Notes: generated from the sequence alone by a model not told the origin. 64,000 nucleotides of DNA from Camelus dromedarius (GCF_036321535.1 NC_087437.1:42596001-42660000); one strand, 5' to 3'; shown: positions 37,471 to 50,795, numbered from the stretch's first letter. Translations and numbers: made by a program.

Positions 37471-39060
37471 TTTAGGAACTAGGTGTAGATCAATTTCCAA
37501 TGCAAGTTGATAAGTAAGAAGCACATTTCTTCTGTGTATGTGTTTATGAGTATTTTCTAGTTGATGCTTGTCATCTGAATCAGACTCTCAGAGGGGTTTG
37601 TGACTGAAAGAAAGAAAGGAAAAAAAGAAAGAATTTAAAAAGAACAGTCAAAGTAGGGCATGAGCTGATCAGGCAGCTTGCCCCTGTTTAGTGCGGTTGC
37701 TCTGTACTTGGTTGGTGGGAGTTCTGCAACAAAATTAGCTGTTACTGCCTTTTTTCACTCCACTTTGCTAAGTGATGCAGACCAGAGTTGGTTCTGTTCC
37801 TCACGTTGCAGGAGATAAAGCTGCACGTAAGATAACCCACACAGCTGAGAGCAGGGCTGAAAACAAAGGTGAGAAAACAGGAAAAGTAAACAGGCGTGGA
37901 AGAGGATGCCTTGTTTGGTTTTGTTTTTTGGTGCTATTAAATCTAGCTCTGCTCTTGGCGCTATTAAATCTAGTCCTGGATCTAAGGGACTGGGGCCTTG
38001 GGAAGTGCACTAGAGTTTACTCTAAAATTCTTCTTGGAATAAAACTATTACTTCAGGAGCAATATTCAAATACACAAGAATCACTGCTTCAAAATGGCTA
38101 ATTTCCAGCCTGACTAGGGACTTTCTGTTTTTGCTAATTAGTTCAGAATTGTGATGAAGTCTGAGGGTGTTTGAGAAGAAGAGAGTGGCTGATAACAGAA
38201 GATGAGTGTCAGGTAACAGAAGCATGAATGCAAGTACGGTTGACAAGTTATTTCCAACCCTCTCTAGTTCTGCAGAGGTGATACTATTGTAGAATAACAT
38301 GTGCAAACACTTTTATTCAAAGTGATATATCCCAGTATGAGCTATCATATAGTATAGAGCTTTATGCCTTTTTTTTTTCTTGCTGAGTTGATGATATGAA
38401 AAATAGTCCTAATACAGCTGAAAGGTGTTCTTGAGCTCACCAAAGCAATGGTCTATTTTTCTGCATTTGAGAGTTTGTAAGTCAGTAATGTAGGAGAGTA
38501 AGTGTAGACTGGTTCTCAAATTTTTACATTCTGAAATTTCCATTTCCTGTTTAAGATCACTAAATGAATAACTGGCCAGGGTGGTAGGGATTGTATGTGG
38601 TTGAGAGGCAGATATATAGTAACTTCTCCACTTACAAAGATAGTGAAAATAGCCCCTCTGTTCAGTCTCTTCAGTTTTAATGGCTGTCTACAATATACAT
38701 GCAGACATAATTTCTAGCCTCTGATGTGTAGGGCATTTTTACATTCAACAGTGTAATTGCCATGGTGGTTTGAGGCAGCCCTGTCTTTAAAGTTGATATG
38801 AACTGGGGACTCTGGCAATATTCCAAAACCTACTTTTGATTTAGAACAGAGCAGGGTTTGGGGAGTGGGGAGATATATGCATTTGAATTAAGATGAGGGA
38901 GAGACTGGCTAGCAGAAAGAAATATATAACTGTTGAGACATTGGTGTGGTATGCTAAGCTGATGTTGGGGCTAGTTAGAGGAGTTTAGTTCATGAAACTT
39001 ATCTTCAGGATGCCTTTTCTAATTCTGTTACTTTTTTTCCTTAAATTTTGTGACACTTAT

Positions 39061-40099
39061 TTTTTTTATTGAAGTATAGTTGATGTACAATATTTTAAGT
39101 TACAGGTGTATAAGAATGTAGTGATTCACAATTATTAAAGGTTATGCCCATTTATAGTTATTATAAAATATTAGCTGTATTCCCTGTGCTATAAATATAT
39201 CCTTGTAGCTTATTTTATACATTATAGTTTGTACATCTTAATTCCTGCCCTACATTGCCCCTTCCCTCTCCCCACTGTTAACTAACCTCTAGTTTGTTCT
39301 CTATATCTGTGAGTCTGCTGCTTTTTTGTTATCTTCTCTAGTTTGTTGTATTTTTTAGATTCCACATATAAGTGATATCATACTGTATTTGTCTTTCTTT
39401 GTCTGACTTATTTCACTTAGCGTAATACCCTCCAGGTCCATCCATGGTGCTGCAAATGGCAAAATTTTCATTCTTTTTTATGGCTGAGTAGTATTCCATG
39501 GTGTATATATATGTCGCATATTCTTTATCCATTCATTTGTTGATAGACATTTAGGTTGCTTCCATATCTTGGCAATTGTACATAATGCTGCTATGAACAT
39601 TGGAGTGTATGTATCCTTTTGAATTAGTGGTTTTGTTTCTTTTTGTATGTATACCCAGGAGTGGAACTGCTGGGTCATATGGTAGTTCTGTTTTTAGTTC
39701 TTTGAGAAACCTCCACACTGTTTTCTGCAGTGGCTGCACCAATTTATGTTTCCAGCAACAGTGTATGAGGCTTCCTCTTTTTTTTACATCCTTGCCAACA
39801 TTTGTTATTTGTGTTTGTTTTTTTTTTTTTTGATGGTAGCCAATCTGACAGATGTGAGGTCATCTCTCATTGCAGTTTTGATTTGCATTTCCCTGGTAGT
39901 GATGTTGAGCATCTTTTCATGTGCCTACTGGTCATCTGCATGTCTTCTTTGGAAAAATGTCTATTCAGGTCTTCTGCTCATTTTTTAATTGGGTTGTTTG
40001 TTTTTTGATGTTGAGTTGTATGAGATGTTTATATATTTTGGATATAAATCCCTTATTGATCATATCATTTGCAAATATTTTCTCCCATTCAGTAGGTAG
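39061..40099 (-). mobile_element. 5'-truncated L1 (ORF2 C-terminus, 3'UTR, poly-A)
   Basis: ORFs 39478..39742 give [22 protein letters not shown] and [18 protein letters not shown] (L1 ORF2 C-terminus); poly-T at 39061; flanks tgtgacacttat / tgtgacatcatat as possible TSD. Confidence 0.95.
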
Positions 40100-42181
40100 T
40101 GTGACATCATATTTGGATGTGCCTGATAATATAAGATTTTAGAGCTGAAATGGGCTTTAAGAACAGACCTTCTCAAACACCTTATGCTGGTCATTTCTTA
40201 TTTTTTAGCTGAAGTTCCTCCAGAAACTAGCTTGCTTTTTAGGTTAGATGTTGCTGTTAGAACTTGTACTGGATCACACATGACTTCCAGACAAGGATCC
40301 TTTTTCAATAACCAAGTTGTTTCAAATTAAAGAAGAAAAAGAGAATACAAAGACAACTAGGTTTTTTAAAAATTATCTTTTATTAGTGCAGAATAGTAAA
40401 ATAGTAGTATTAGTTTTATTCCTTTTTTGTATAGCAAACATGGATGTGTTGGTAAGTAGAGGTTATTTATTTTTAGTTTGAGATAAGTAAAATAGGGGTA
40501 CTAATGCATTTTGAAGGTTAAAGGAAACAGAAAAAACATTTATTTACAAAACTTATTTACAAAAATAGATCCAACATTGGATCTATTTTTCCTGGTTCAA
40601 TGTAGAACACATAATAGGCACTCAATATATGTTTGTTTAATGAATGAATAAATTAAAACATTCATTTGGGACCTAGTATATATGTCAGGCCTGCTTAATA
40701 TCATCTAACCCTTAAGATTCAGCTCCTTTCCTACCTTTTTCCAAAAGCCTCTGAAATTCTTTAATAAAACTACCTCTTTCTCTACTATGTCTATAGCCCA
40801 TATTATTTGCTTATTTTTCACATCTAGCAATTCTTTACTGCTATTTACTTACGTACATATTAGCAACTACTACTGTCTTGTGTGTTCCAGATTCCTGCAG
40901 AAAAGTCTCAAACTTATCAGCAAATTAATAATTTTTTTCTGAGATTAAACTTTTTTCTACTTGAAGGTCAACTTACAGGTTACTTACTTATATTAGGACT
41001 AATTTAAATCTTTATTTTTTACAATAGGTAAATTGAGCTCTAAATATTTAGATGGAACTATATAAATTACTGAGAATGTTATATGGTAAACCTAATACTA
41101 TATTGTCCAATGAAGATAACATGTGATATAGGGACAGAAAGCTAGTGGCCAAGGCACAGTAGTGAAAATCTGGGAAAAATCAAGAAGCAGCAGAAGATTG
41201 TTGACAATTATTTCTCACTTTCATAGTGTTTTAGCACCTCTTATTCTATTTGGTTGAAAAGTTCATATTCAATTAAATTAAACAATTTTGAAATACAAAG
41301 AAAAAAGTTCCCACACAGTCTGGAGAGGAGGAGATATAGGGGGTGGAGTTGGCTTCTGTACTTGATTTTCAAATATTTGAAAAAATTTCATTTGAAAGTG
41401 GGTTTCCATTTGGTCCGTGTGGCTTCACTGGAAACCACTTGATGGAAGTTTTAAGGGAGTAGAAATCCACTTTAAATGAGGAGAACAGTTTAATAATTAG
41501 CAAATTTTTTCTTGGAGATAAGTGAGCTCTTCACTTTGAATCTATTTCAGTGGAAAGTCATTGACAGTTTGTGGGAGAAGGATAGGATAGGATTGTACAT
41601 TGTGAAGGAAATGGAACTAGTAAATTCTAACTTATAATTCTAAGAAATTATGACTTTCTTCTTGACATGTAGTTGACCTTTGGTATGACTTCTTGCTTCC
41701 ATTTTGAATAATAAATAAGAAAGAAGATCTGCAGTTTGTTATTGTATTGTTATTCAAATACTGCGTGTTACTCCACAAATACGATGAATCTCCGTATTTT
41801 CATTTATTATGTAATTGGTATTACTCCTAGCAATCTTTTACAGGTCATAGATCAAGAAGAATCTATGAAAATACAATGTTCATATTTTAGAGGATCATGT
41901 CATTATAGCAGCATGCCTGGGAAACTAGTTCCTGGGATGTCTAAAATTTATATTGGGTTGTAAAACTGAAGTATGGGCCAAGGGTTAACAACCTTGAATT
42001 TTGCCCTTAAAATTAGTCTCCGAAAATCTACTTCATTATAAATACATTACTACTGAGTAGTGTTCTTCTGATTGATATGCCCAGAGCTACCTTTTTCAGC
42101 AGTCTTTGAAGCACCAATCCTTCATTTTGGTTCTAAAAATGAAATGGGCTCCATCTCCCTAGTTGGGACATCAGTTTTTAC

Positions 42182-42266
42182 CTGCCAATACAGTTTGATG
42201 AGCTTGCTTATACACTGTTCACTTCCTCCACAGAGCCAGAACATGTAGTCAGCAATCATGGCACTC
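42182..42266 (-). CDS. SPATA16: SPATA16 internal coding exon (about exon 5), (R)SAMIADYMFWLCGGSEQCISKLIKLYWQ
   Basis: Minus strand ...tctgtccttgttcgtag|GAGTGCCATG...TATTGGCAG|gtaaaa; 85 nt, phase 2 to phase 0; lies within ORF 42122..42325. Confidence 0.96.
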
Positions 42267-43866
42267 CTACGAACAAGGACAGATTTTTTTTTAAAAACAA
42301 ATTTATAGGACAGAAGGAAGACCATAACAGGCAGTATATATAAATACTGAAGAAGATTTTGTAATGTATAAATTTGACTAGGCTAATATTAAGCAAAGCA
42401 GAAGGCACATTTTAGAATGTAGAAAGTAGGTCTTTCTTTTTTTTTGGTAGCTAAACTAAAAGTATAAGAGAAGGAACACGCCATTTGTCTTCTGTGTGAT
42501 TTTTCTGTTTGTACAGTATAAGAATATTTAAAGACTATGAGAGAATGCTTTGTTTTGGTTACCTCTTATTAAGCTTCAGAGCACTTATAGAGTAACCCGT
42601 ATTTTGTGGACTCTAGAATGCCTTCCAACCTAGCAGAGCATAGATAGCTAACTATTGTATATTTAAGCATATCTTAGATTTTACCCAAGTTAAAGATTAT
42701 TCACCTCTGATTTAACTAGCCTCCTTAAAATTGAAAATAAAAAAATTCCAATTGAACAAACACTCCCCTCCCCCAGCCTTTGTGCTTAATTGAATTAGTT
42801 TTAGAATCTAGTGTGTACAACCATCGCATTAGTCTTATTAAGCTGAGAGGATATTAAAAACTATTGTGCAATGGATATTAATTCATTGCTTAGCACCCTT
42901 TGGAAAAACAGTTTACTTTTATGACTGTTTCTCTGCTAGACCTCTCTATTTCTTTCCTCCAGAGATTCCAAATCTAATTAAATGTGACTAGAAGTAATTC
43001 CAAATTGTCACGTTGGCCAATTAAACATATAATAATCCTGTGTACCTAATCACTAGGACCAAAAGTTTGTTTATTTAAGCAGACCTATCACTGTGTACCT
43101 TGAACGTTTTTCTTATCTTTGCCTGCAGATACGTGTTGTTTCTTGACATCATTGAAAATTGAATTAGACATTTTCCTCCCCTAAATATGGGTTGTTTAAG
43201 GCACAGCAGCTGGAAACTTACTGGGGTGCTCTGCTGAAGAATTAGAATGTTTAGATTCTTGCTCAGGACAGACAAAAATTAGGACTCTTAAAGATCAACC
43301 TTGGGAAAAAGATACCATTTGAAGGATTATTCAGCTCAGTATTTCTCTCTTTACACATGTGTTATTGGAAAGAAGCTGCCCACTGACATTTCAAAATTAA
43401 TGACAGTAATTTAAGAATAACTAATCTTTTAGGAATCCTTTTATATTTTTCAAAGCCCTAGTTTAGCAAGATAAAGTGAGCTAGCAGGTTTTGATGTCAC
43501 ATGAACACATATGAGGTAGAAAACAAGTTGTAAAAATCAGGCTAGAGAGGAGCACTAGTAAACCTCAAATATTTGCATTTTGATAGAAACGCTTGGAAAA
43601 ATTTTCTTCCTGTGACAACCTAAAAAGTCACTCTACTTGACATTTGGTGCCTGTCCCCTAGTAGATACCCATTTAACAAGCTAAGAAATTGAGGAAAAAC
43701 ATAAAATCTCACTCTGAGGGGCAGCACACGCTGTATTCACAGAAGCTGGGTACTCTTAAGTGATGGCTTGATTCTACACTCTGATTCCTCCTGCCGTCAG
43801 CATTTGGATATGTAAATACGGCTGAAACAAACACTGCTAAATGAGGACACCAGGCATTAGTTAAAA

Positions 43867-44043
43867 CAGGGCTGGGCAACCTTTTTCGGTAAAGGGTCAG
43901 ACAGTAAATATTTTAGGCTTTGTGGGCCATACCTACTCCCCGTTGCCTTTCGGAAGCAGCTGTAGGCAATAAGTAAACAAATGACTTTATTTACAAAAAA
44001 AAAAAAGTGCTCGGCCAGATTTGGCATAGTTTGCCTAATTCTA
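43867..44043. mobile_element. MER58-like hAT MITE
   Basis: cagggctgggcaaccttttt...gtaaagggtcagacagtaaatattttaggctttgtgggcc...ggccagatttggc...agtttgcc. Confidence 0.8.
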
Positions 44044-45389
44044 AGATCAACAGATTAGGTTGAGCAACAGGTGGCAAGCATTGGTATAATTGTCAGTCAG
44101 CAGTCAGATGTCAGCTTCTATGCATTCTGGCCATGGGTCCCCTCAGATGTTTCAGGGAGAACGTACATATCGTACTGAAATTATTGATCAGATTTGGAAA
44201 GAAACTTTATACTTTTGAAACATGGAAAAACTGTAAAAGACAATCCTGTATCATAGACACAGTGTAGAGTTAAGTAAAATCTAAATCCACTGTTTCTATC
44301 ACATTAGTGATTGCCATCCTTGGATTGGAATAACTGAAAAAAGAGAAAGTAGGTCACCACAGTGGGTTTCTAGGGCTTTCCTGCATTTTTAAAGCTTCCG
44401 ATGATTTGGTTTTGAGTTCACCATTGTACAATTAGGAGTTTTCGCATTTTTATTAATGTTTTCCAAAAGTTGCTTTTTCTACTATAATGTGTTGTCAAAT
44501 TGCTGCTTTCTTAAGTATGATTTTCTTATATCCAGGGGTTCAGGGTTTGTTTTTTTTTTCCCCCAAAGGAATACATGTTCAAATCTGTATTGAAATAAGG
44601 GAGGAATTAAGATTCATTGAAATTTGTTACCTGCCCTCAGTGAAACACAATTATTAGAATTTTTAAAAGATACTAGTGTTAAGTAACTATACATGGGTTT
44701 CATAAAGCTACACATTTACTGAGAAGTTTTCCATACGTACACTGTGTTTCCTCCAGTACCTGGCACAGAGCTGTAGGAAAACGATTTAGGTTGTAGTTGC
44801 TCCAATCCCACTTTCTGCCCACGGAAGTGGCGGTTATGCTTCCACCACCCACCTTCCTTTGTCTGGTGCCCTATCATGGCTCTGTCCTACAGTCCAGCCT
44901 CTGTGAATCAGTATAAAACTCAGTGGGAGAATACGAAAAGGGCATGGAAATAACATTATACCACACAATATTTGTGAGGCAAGAGATAGGGGTTTTCCAT
45001 CATGCTGAATTTCTCAAGGGCAAAGATAATTAATTAATTAATTAACCCAGAGAATCTACAAGGAGTCAAATAGCTTGTGGGAGCCTGGTTTTGGCTGACT
45101 CACTTCATGAATCAAAGGAAAACAATGATCACTTACTCTTCCTACTTTTCTTCTGTTTTCCTTTAGACCAGTATCCTAGATGCTGGTCAGTGCAATTCAG
45201 CATTGCTTCTAAATGTCTGCATTTCATTGTCTGTATTCTATTCAGCTTCCTTTTATTAATCTACTGAATGTTGTAGCTGCATGGGACTGTGAGATCATGT
45301 CAGCCAAACCCCTTTGATGGTCGGTGGTTTAGTATCTGTCAGTTTTGAGCCTTTACTAAGTGCTAAGCACCACAGTAAGCACTTTACAC

Positions 45390-47252
45390 GGCGGAGTGTG
45401 AATCTCGCCCACCCACAGGCCTGCACCAGATCTCATCCCACCTTCCCACCCATGGAAACTGCTCCAGAAAGTCTTTCTCTTTCTCTCCTTCCCCCTCGCT
45501 CTCTCTTTAAATTTCTCCTTTTCTCTTGGAAGTTTTCTACCAACACACAAAAATGTTGTTCTTCCTACCACCTTAAAACAAACGAAACACCCAAAAGCCT
45601 CTCTTGATCCACTTAACTTCCAGTTATCATCTCAGTTCTTTCTTTTTCTTAAAAAAAACACACAACACAAAACACAGAATGCAAGCAAACAAAAGAACAA
45701 AAACCCTCCTCTGGAACTCACTCCAGCAAGGCTCTTATTCCTACCACTTCACTGAAACTGCTCTTGTCAGTGTGCCTAATTGTCTCCACACTCCTAATGC
45801 AGTGGCTCAATTCTCAGTCTTCATTTTACACATACTCTCAGGTACAGCTGATGTGATTGTTCCTCCAGTATCCGCGTCCCCTCGTGGCTTCCACAACTCT
45901 GTTCTTTATGGTTTCCCTCCTGTCTTACTGGTTGCTCTTTTCAGTCTCCTTTGCTGGCATCTCCTCATCTCCCTGGACTCCTAACTTTGGAGTTCCCCAG
46001 TGCACAACACTTGGACCCCTTCTCTTTCTGTAATCAGTCCCTTAGTGGTCTCACCAGTTTGTAGCTCTAAACACCGTCTGTGGGTTGACAACTCTTACAT
46101 TTATACCCTGAGTTTAATGCTCTTCTTAGCTCTCCAGACTCAAAAGTTGCCTTCTTGACGCCTCTACTTAGATACCTAATAGGTATTTTGAACTTATTTC
46201 TATATCTGAGACCCTGATCTTCCTTGCTTCCTCTCCCCCAGTCTCTAGTAGTCCTCTTCATCCATCCAATTTCTCAGGTGAAAAATCTTGGAGTCATTAT
46301 TGACTCCTTTCTTTTTCTCATTCCCCATCCAATAACTGGTCAGGTTATCTTTAACCTGTTTCAGAATCCTGCCACTTCTCAGCATTTCCAGCGTTGCCAT
46401 GTGGTCCATCATGTCTCACCACGATGACCACAGCAGCCTCTAAACTGGACTCCCTGCTTCCCACTACATCAGTGCTCAACACAGCAGCCAGAACAATTCC
46501 ATTCAAATTACTGCACCAGAGTAGGTCCCTGCTGTGCTTAAAACTGCAGGGGCTTCCTATCTCACTCAGAGTGAAAACCAGTCTTGAAAATGGCATTTGA
46601 GCCTCATGCCAGGTGGTCACATGTTAATTCTCTGACCTCATTTCCTACTTGGTCCTGCTTTCCTCATAAAGAGGAAACACTGTTGCCTCTGGGGTTTTGC
46701 ACCTGTCGGCCCCTGTCCTAGAGTTCTCTTTCCCGAGTCACCCCCTGCTCACTTCCTTCAGGTCGTTATCGGGTGTTACTCTCTCGGTAAGGACCGCCCA
46801 GGCACGCTCCAATACTACCCATACTCTCACTTGTTTTTACCTTTTCCACAGTCCTTATCGCCATCCCACGTAGTGGTTATTTTGTTATTAATTTTGGTCA
46901 TGTTTATGGCTGTCTTCCTCTACAGTAGGGCTTCACAAATTATGGGCTGTGGGTCTGCGAGTTGTGTTTGTAAAGTTCTACTGCAACATAGCAATGGGCG
47001 GTCGTTTGTGCATTGTTTATGTGTTGTCTTTGACTACTTTTGTGTTACAGTGGCAGAGTTGAATGATTACGGCAGAGACCTCATGGCCCACAAAGTGTAA
47101 ACTATTTACTGTCTGGCTCTTTACTAGGGTGTAAGCTCCCTGAAGGCAGGGATTTTTGTTTGTTTTAGTCGCTGCTCTGTCTGCAATGTCCAGAGTAGTG
47201 CCTGGCACTGTTAGTGCGGCAGTCACACGATAAATATTTGTTGGCTAAACGA
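45390..47252 (+). mobile_element. L2 LINE remnant with recognisable RT region and 3' tail
   Basis: ORF 45604..45984 LQQGSYSYHFTETALVSV...QFSVFIL resembles L2 QSGFRPHHSTETALVKV...FSVLIL; ggagttccccagtgcacaacacttggaccccttctc resembles GVPQGSVLGPLL; tail gtgcctggcac...ataaatatttgttg. Confidence 0.85.
46925..47127. mobile_element. MER58-like hAT MITE nested in the L2, opposite orientation to the copy at 43867
   Basis: gtggcagagttgaatgatt...agagacctcatggcccacaaagtgtaaactatttactgtctggctctttac. Confidence 0.8.
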
Positions 47253-49379
47253 CAAAACATTATTTAAACTAAAAAAATCAAATTCTTGTTACCAAAAACC
47301 TGAGGTCTACCGAGTTACATGGTTTACTAGGATTGTAACACAAGCAGCCTGGTCCTAGGGCTGCCTCACTGTCTATATTTAACAAAATGCTCTTGTAGTG
47401 GAGGTGACATGAGAACAAAGGGAGAGATTGGGCTTTGCCAGTTTAATTTGTCCAATGTAGAGTCCAGTACATTTAGCTCATATGAGAGCTTAATGAATGC
47501 TAATGGATGCTGATGTATTTATTACATAAATTAAAGAGAAAAGGTACCAGGGAGCCCAGGGGCCTGATGTGTTGTATTTAAAATTATTTTTTAACATGAT
47601 ATCTTCTGTCACGTGTCAACAATTATTTTTCTGCAAGCAGATCTGCTATTCTTTTGATACTATATTTGAATTCATTTTATAAAAGTCACACTTACTTTAC
47701 TTAATACATCTGTTAAATGTAAAAGGGTCAGAATCTGGCTTTCAAATATGTATGCATCTAAAATAAAAGATTTTTATGTCACGAACTCAGCTTATTGTGA
47801 ACCAAATCCTATTTCTAGACAGTGGCAAATACACAATAAAAGACTTTGATGTATTATTTATAAGATAGGTATAAGTTTTGTTTTCCAAATTAATACTATA
47901 AAAGGATCATTCATGCCAGGTGAATTTACACATTGCATATTCCTGAACAGACTGTGCCATTCTGAAAGTATGAGAATGTGTTACTGGCATTTCTCAAGGC
48001 CTCTGTTCAGATTCAAAATTTATAGCATTTCTACTCAGTGTGGCCACATGGTGGTGTAAAACAATAAGATATGGGTAAACAAAGACGATCACAGCACACC
48101 ATCAGCTGTGTGGTCTCGCTGGGCTGACTGGCTGGGACATTGAAAAGTCATTCGTTCAGCACCTTGCCTTTGGGCAGGATCACACTTAAACCTTTCAAAT
48201 GAGACTGATGAGAATCTACTCTGTTTTAAAGACCTCCACAGAAGGACATTGCTCTACTTTGCTCACTGATTCCAGAGTTTCACAGCCATGCAGAGCATCT
48301 TCTGCAGTTTTAGTCTGTGAGCTTCAGTTTTCTATTCAGGGTTAATGCAACCCCAACTAGACCTGAATAGTGGTTCTACATATCCTCTCAATAATTTATT
48401 AATCTTCTCTTCCCTGGGTTATTAATTGACTCCAGTTGCTTTCATCTTTCTCCATGGCTCCCCCTTTTTTTTTTGATGCTAGTCAGTTTCCTGGTTGTCT
48501 TTTCACCTTATTTAAGTATCTCCTTTTCTTTCTTCTACAACTGGAAATTGACCTCTCTCCAAAGTCTAAGGATAATCTTCTGGGGTTTGTATGCAGCTGT
48601 TTCATTTATGTAACTGGCATTGGTACTTCTCAGACGTGTGTCTATCAAGATGGTTCTAACTACAGAATTCTTTATTTTCGACATATTTAGGAAGTTGTTT
48701 CCTTTTTCCTGTACTTAAAAAAGCTCAAGAACATATGTATGTACATGCCATTAATTTTTTAAGTTAATACTAATTCAGTATTCCTTTTGAATACAAATAC
48801 ATACTAATATTAAAAGAGATTATATTCTGATTGGGAAGAGTGCCACACTAGCAAATTAACTCACGCAAACACATACACACACACACGCATACACACACAA
48901 AAAGCCTCTTTCTGCAGGCTCATGTATTTTCTACTTAGCAGTCAGCCACAGTGATCTTTACAAAATGTAACTGTAGATTACCTCACTAAAATCCAAGCTC
49001 CTACCATGGCCTACCACTTTTGTAATACGCTATCCTTATTTTCCTCTTCAACACATTTTCCATCACCCTCCAGTCAACTGTGGCTTATTCAATTGCTCAG
49101 AGCAAATACGAAATTTCCCACCTTGGGGCATTTGTGCATGTGGTTCCTCCGGCCTGGAATCTATTCCCTCAATTATTCATCTGGCTGCTGCTTCTCAAGA
49201 TTTCGGCCTTTTAGGATTTAGCTTAAACATTGATAACCTCTTCAGTGAGGCCTACTCTGACCATTTTATCTAAATAAGTTCTGCCCTACCCCAACCAGAA
49301 CCTTATCCTTTTCCTGCATAAGTCTCATATCTTGTAATTATTTGTTGGTGTACTTGTTTATTACCTTCTTTCCCTAAAC

Positions 49380-49570
49380 CTGTATTGTTTGATATAGTTG
49401 CCACTAGCTATATGTGGCTGTTTACATTTAAGTGAATTAAAATTAAAATAGAAAAATTCAGTGTCTCAGGTACACAAAGCACATCTCAAGTGCTCAGTTG
49501 TCACCTGTGGCTGGTGGCTATTGTATTGAATGACAGAACATCCCCATCAACTCTGGAAGCACCGGTCTAG
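49380..49570. mobile_element. MER3-like hAT MITE
   Basis: gccactagctatatgtggctg...aattaaaattaaaatagaaaaattcagt...cacatctcaagtgctcag...tgtggctggtggcta. Confidence 0.75.
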
Positions 49571-49632
49571 ACTAAGCCACAGGAGGCTACCATTATAGTG
49601 CCTCTTACAATACCTGGTAAGTAGTGGGTGCT

Positions 49633-50106
49633 TGTGGTGACTAATTTTATGTGTCAGCTTGACTGGGGTATGGTGTGCCCAGATATTTGATTAAATATTA
49701 TTCTGTGTTTGCTTTTGGGTGGTGTTTTTGGGTGAGATCAGCATTTAAGTACATAGGCTGAGTGAAGCAAATTGCCCTCCCCAGTGTGGGTATGGCTCAT
49801 CCAATCTGTTGAAGGCCTGAGTAGAGCAAAAAGCTGAGTAAGTGTGGATTCACTTTCTGATTGTCTTCAAGCTGAGACAGGTCTTCTTCTTCCTTTGGAC
49901 TCAGACTTGGATTGGATCTTAGATACCATTGGCTCGTGGGGTCTTAGGCCTTTAAACTCAGACCAGAACTATAGCCCTGGTCTCTTGACTCTTCAGCTTG
50001 CCAACTACAGATCCTAGGACTTCTCAGTCCCCATTATCACATAAGCCAATTCCCCATATATTTATCTCCTATTGGTTCTGTTTCTCTGGAGAACCCAGCT
50101 AATATG
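49633..50106 (+). mobile_element. MLT2-family (ERVL) solo LTR with perfect 5-bp TSD GTGCT
   Basis: tgtggtgactaattttatgtgtcagcttgactgg...cctattggttctgtttctctggagaaccc; gtgct at 49628-49632 and 50107-50111. Confidence 0.9.
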
Positions 50107-50579
50107 GTGCTCAGTAATTTATATCTGCTTTTGTTTGCACTTTTCCCTGGTCATCCTCTCGCCCACTCCACTACTCCTAGTCATTTGAGGTTCATCAGGA
50201 GGCTCAGCCTGTACAACTGTGGGTTCATGTATTTCAGTAGTTGATGGACATTGAAGAGGTTATAGTTTGGTTTCTAGACTTTTATAACACAGTCTGCCTC
50301 TGTGCCTTATTGCCCAGTTCTAATAGCTGAATGTTATCCCTGAGACCAGGGGTCTACCTTTTGCAGACTAAATCCAATTAATATGTTCCTACCTTGATTA
50401 TCATTCCAGATATGGTTATTCTGGAGTTCTAGCCACACTTGCTCCTGCAAGATTTCCCAGTTAATGGATGAGAATTATTCTTGAAGTTCAAAGCCTGTCT
50501 CTTAGCCTGGAAATTCAAATACTGCCTATCCGTAGATTCTCAATTGATGCCCATCATAAACAATAATAATAGTACTGTT

Positions 50580-50795
50580 ATTTGTAATAGCAACCAATAT
50601 TTATTGAATGCTTACCATATATATAGAAATTGGTTTTACATCTCATTTAATTCTTACAACCAAGCTATGAGATTAGAAAACTGAGATTCTTCAAATTTAG
50701 GAGGCTAACTTTCTAAAAAGATGGTAAAAGGGTCAGAATTGAAACAGATATATTTCTCATCAAAATTTGGCCTTTTAACCATGGTTCTGTACTAT
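50580..50795 (-). mobile_element. MIR SINE
   Basis: atatttattgaatgcttacc...tctcatttaattcttacaac...aaactgaga...ttaaccat. Confidence 0.65.

Larger units (their letters stand above)
4472..42266 (-). other. SPATA16: SPATA16 gene body, partial: four coding exons plus introns of 19306, 16941 and 1055 bp; gene continues beyond both window ends
   Basis: Four GT-AG exons join in phase (2-0, 0-1, 1-1, 1-0) into a continuous peptide matching my recollection of SPATA16 (SAMIADYMFWL..KLIKLYWQAMIEEAITR..MLPQTVDWSSFPPQQYLLTLGFK..MGKRILPILDFIRSTQLN). Confidence 0.96.
48930..50125 (+). mobile_element. L2 3' region interrupted by a MER3-like element and an MLT2 LTR
   Basis: cagccacagtgatctttacaaaatgtaa...ttggggcatttg...cctggaat...; tail gtagtgggtgct|cagtaattt is split by the LTR. 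Confidence 0.65.

Noticed and set aside
39478..40142. Cluster of six ORFs
   Set aside because: Fragments and antisense frames of a decayed L1 ORF2
43709..43727. CTCF-like tcactctgaggggcagcac
   Set aside because: Only the 3' half matches; core AG positions mismatch
45604..45984. 126-aa ORF
   Set aside because: Decayed L2 reverse-transcriptase region
48040..48057. CTCF-like tggccacatggtggtgt
   Set aside because: Three mismatches in the core
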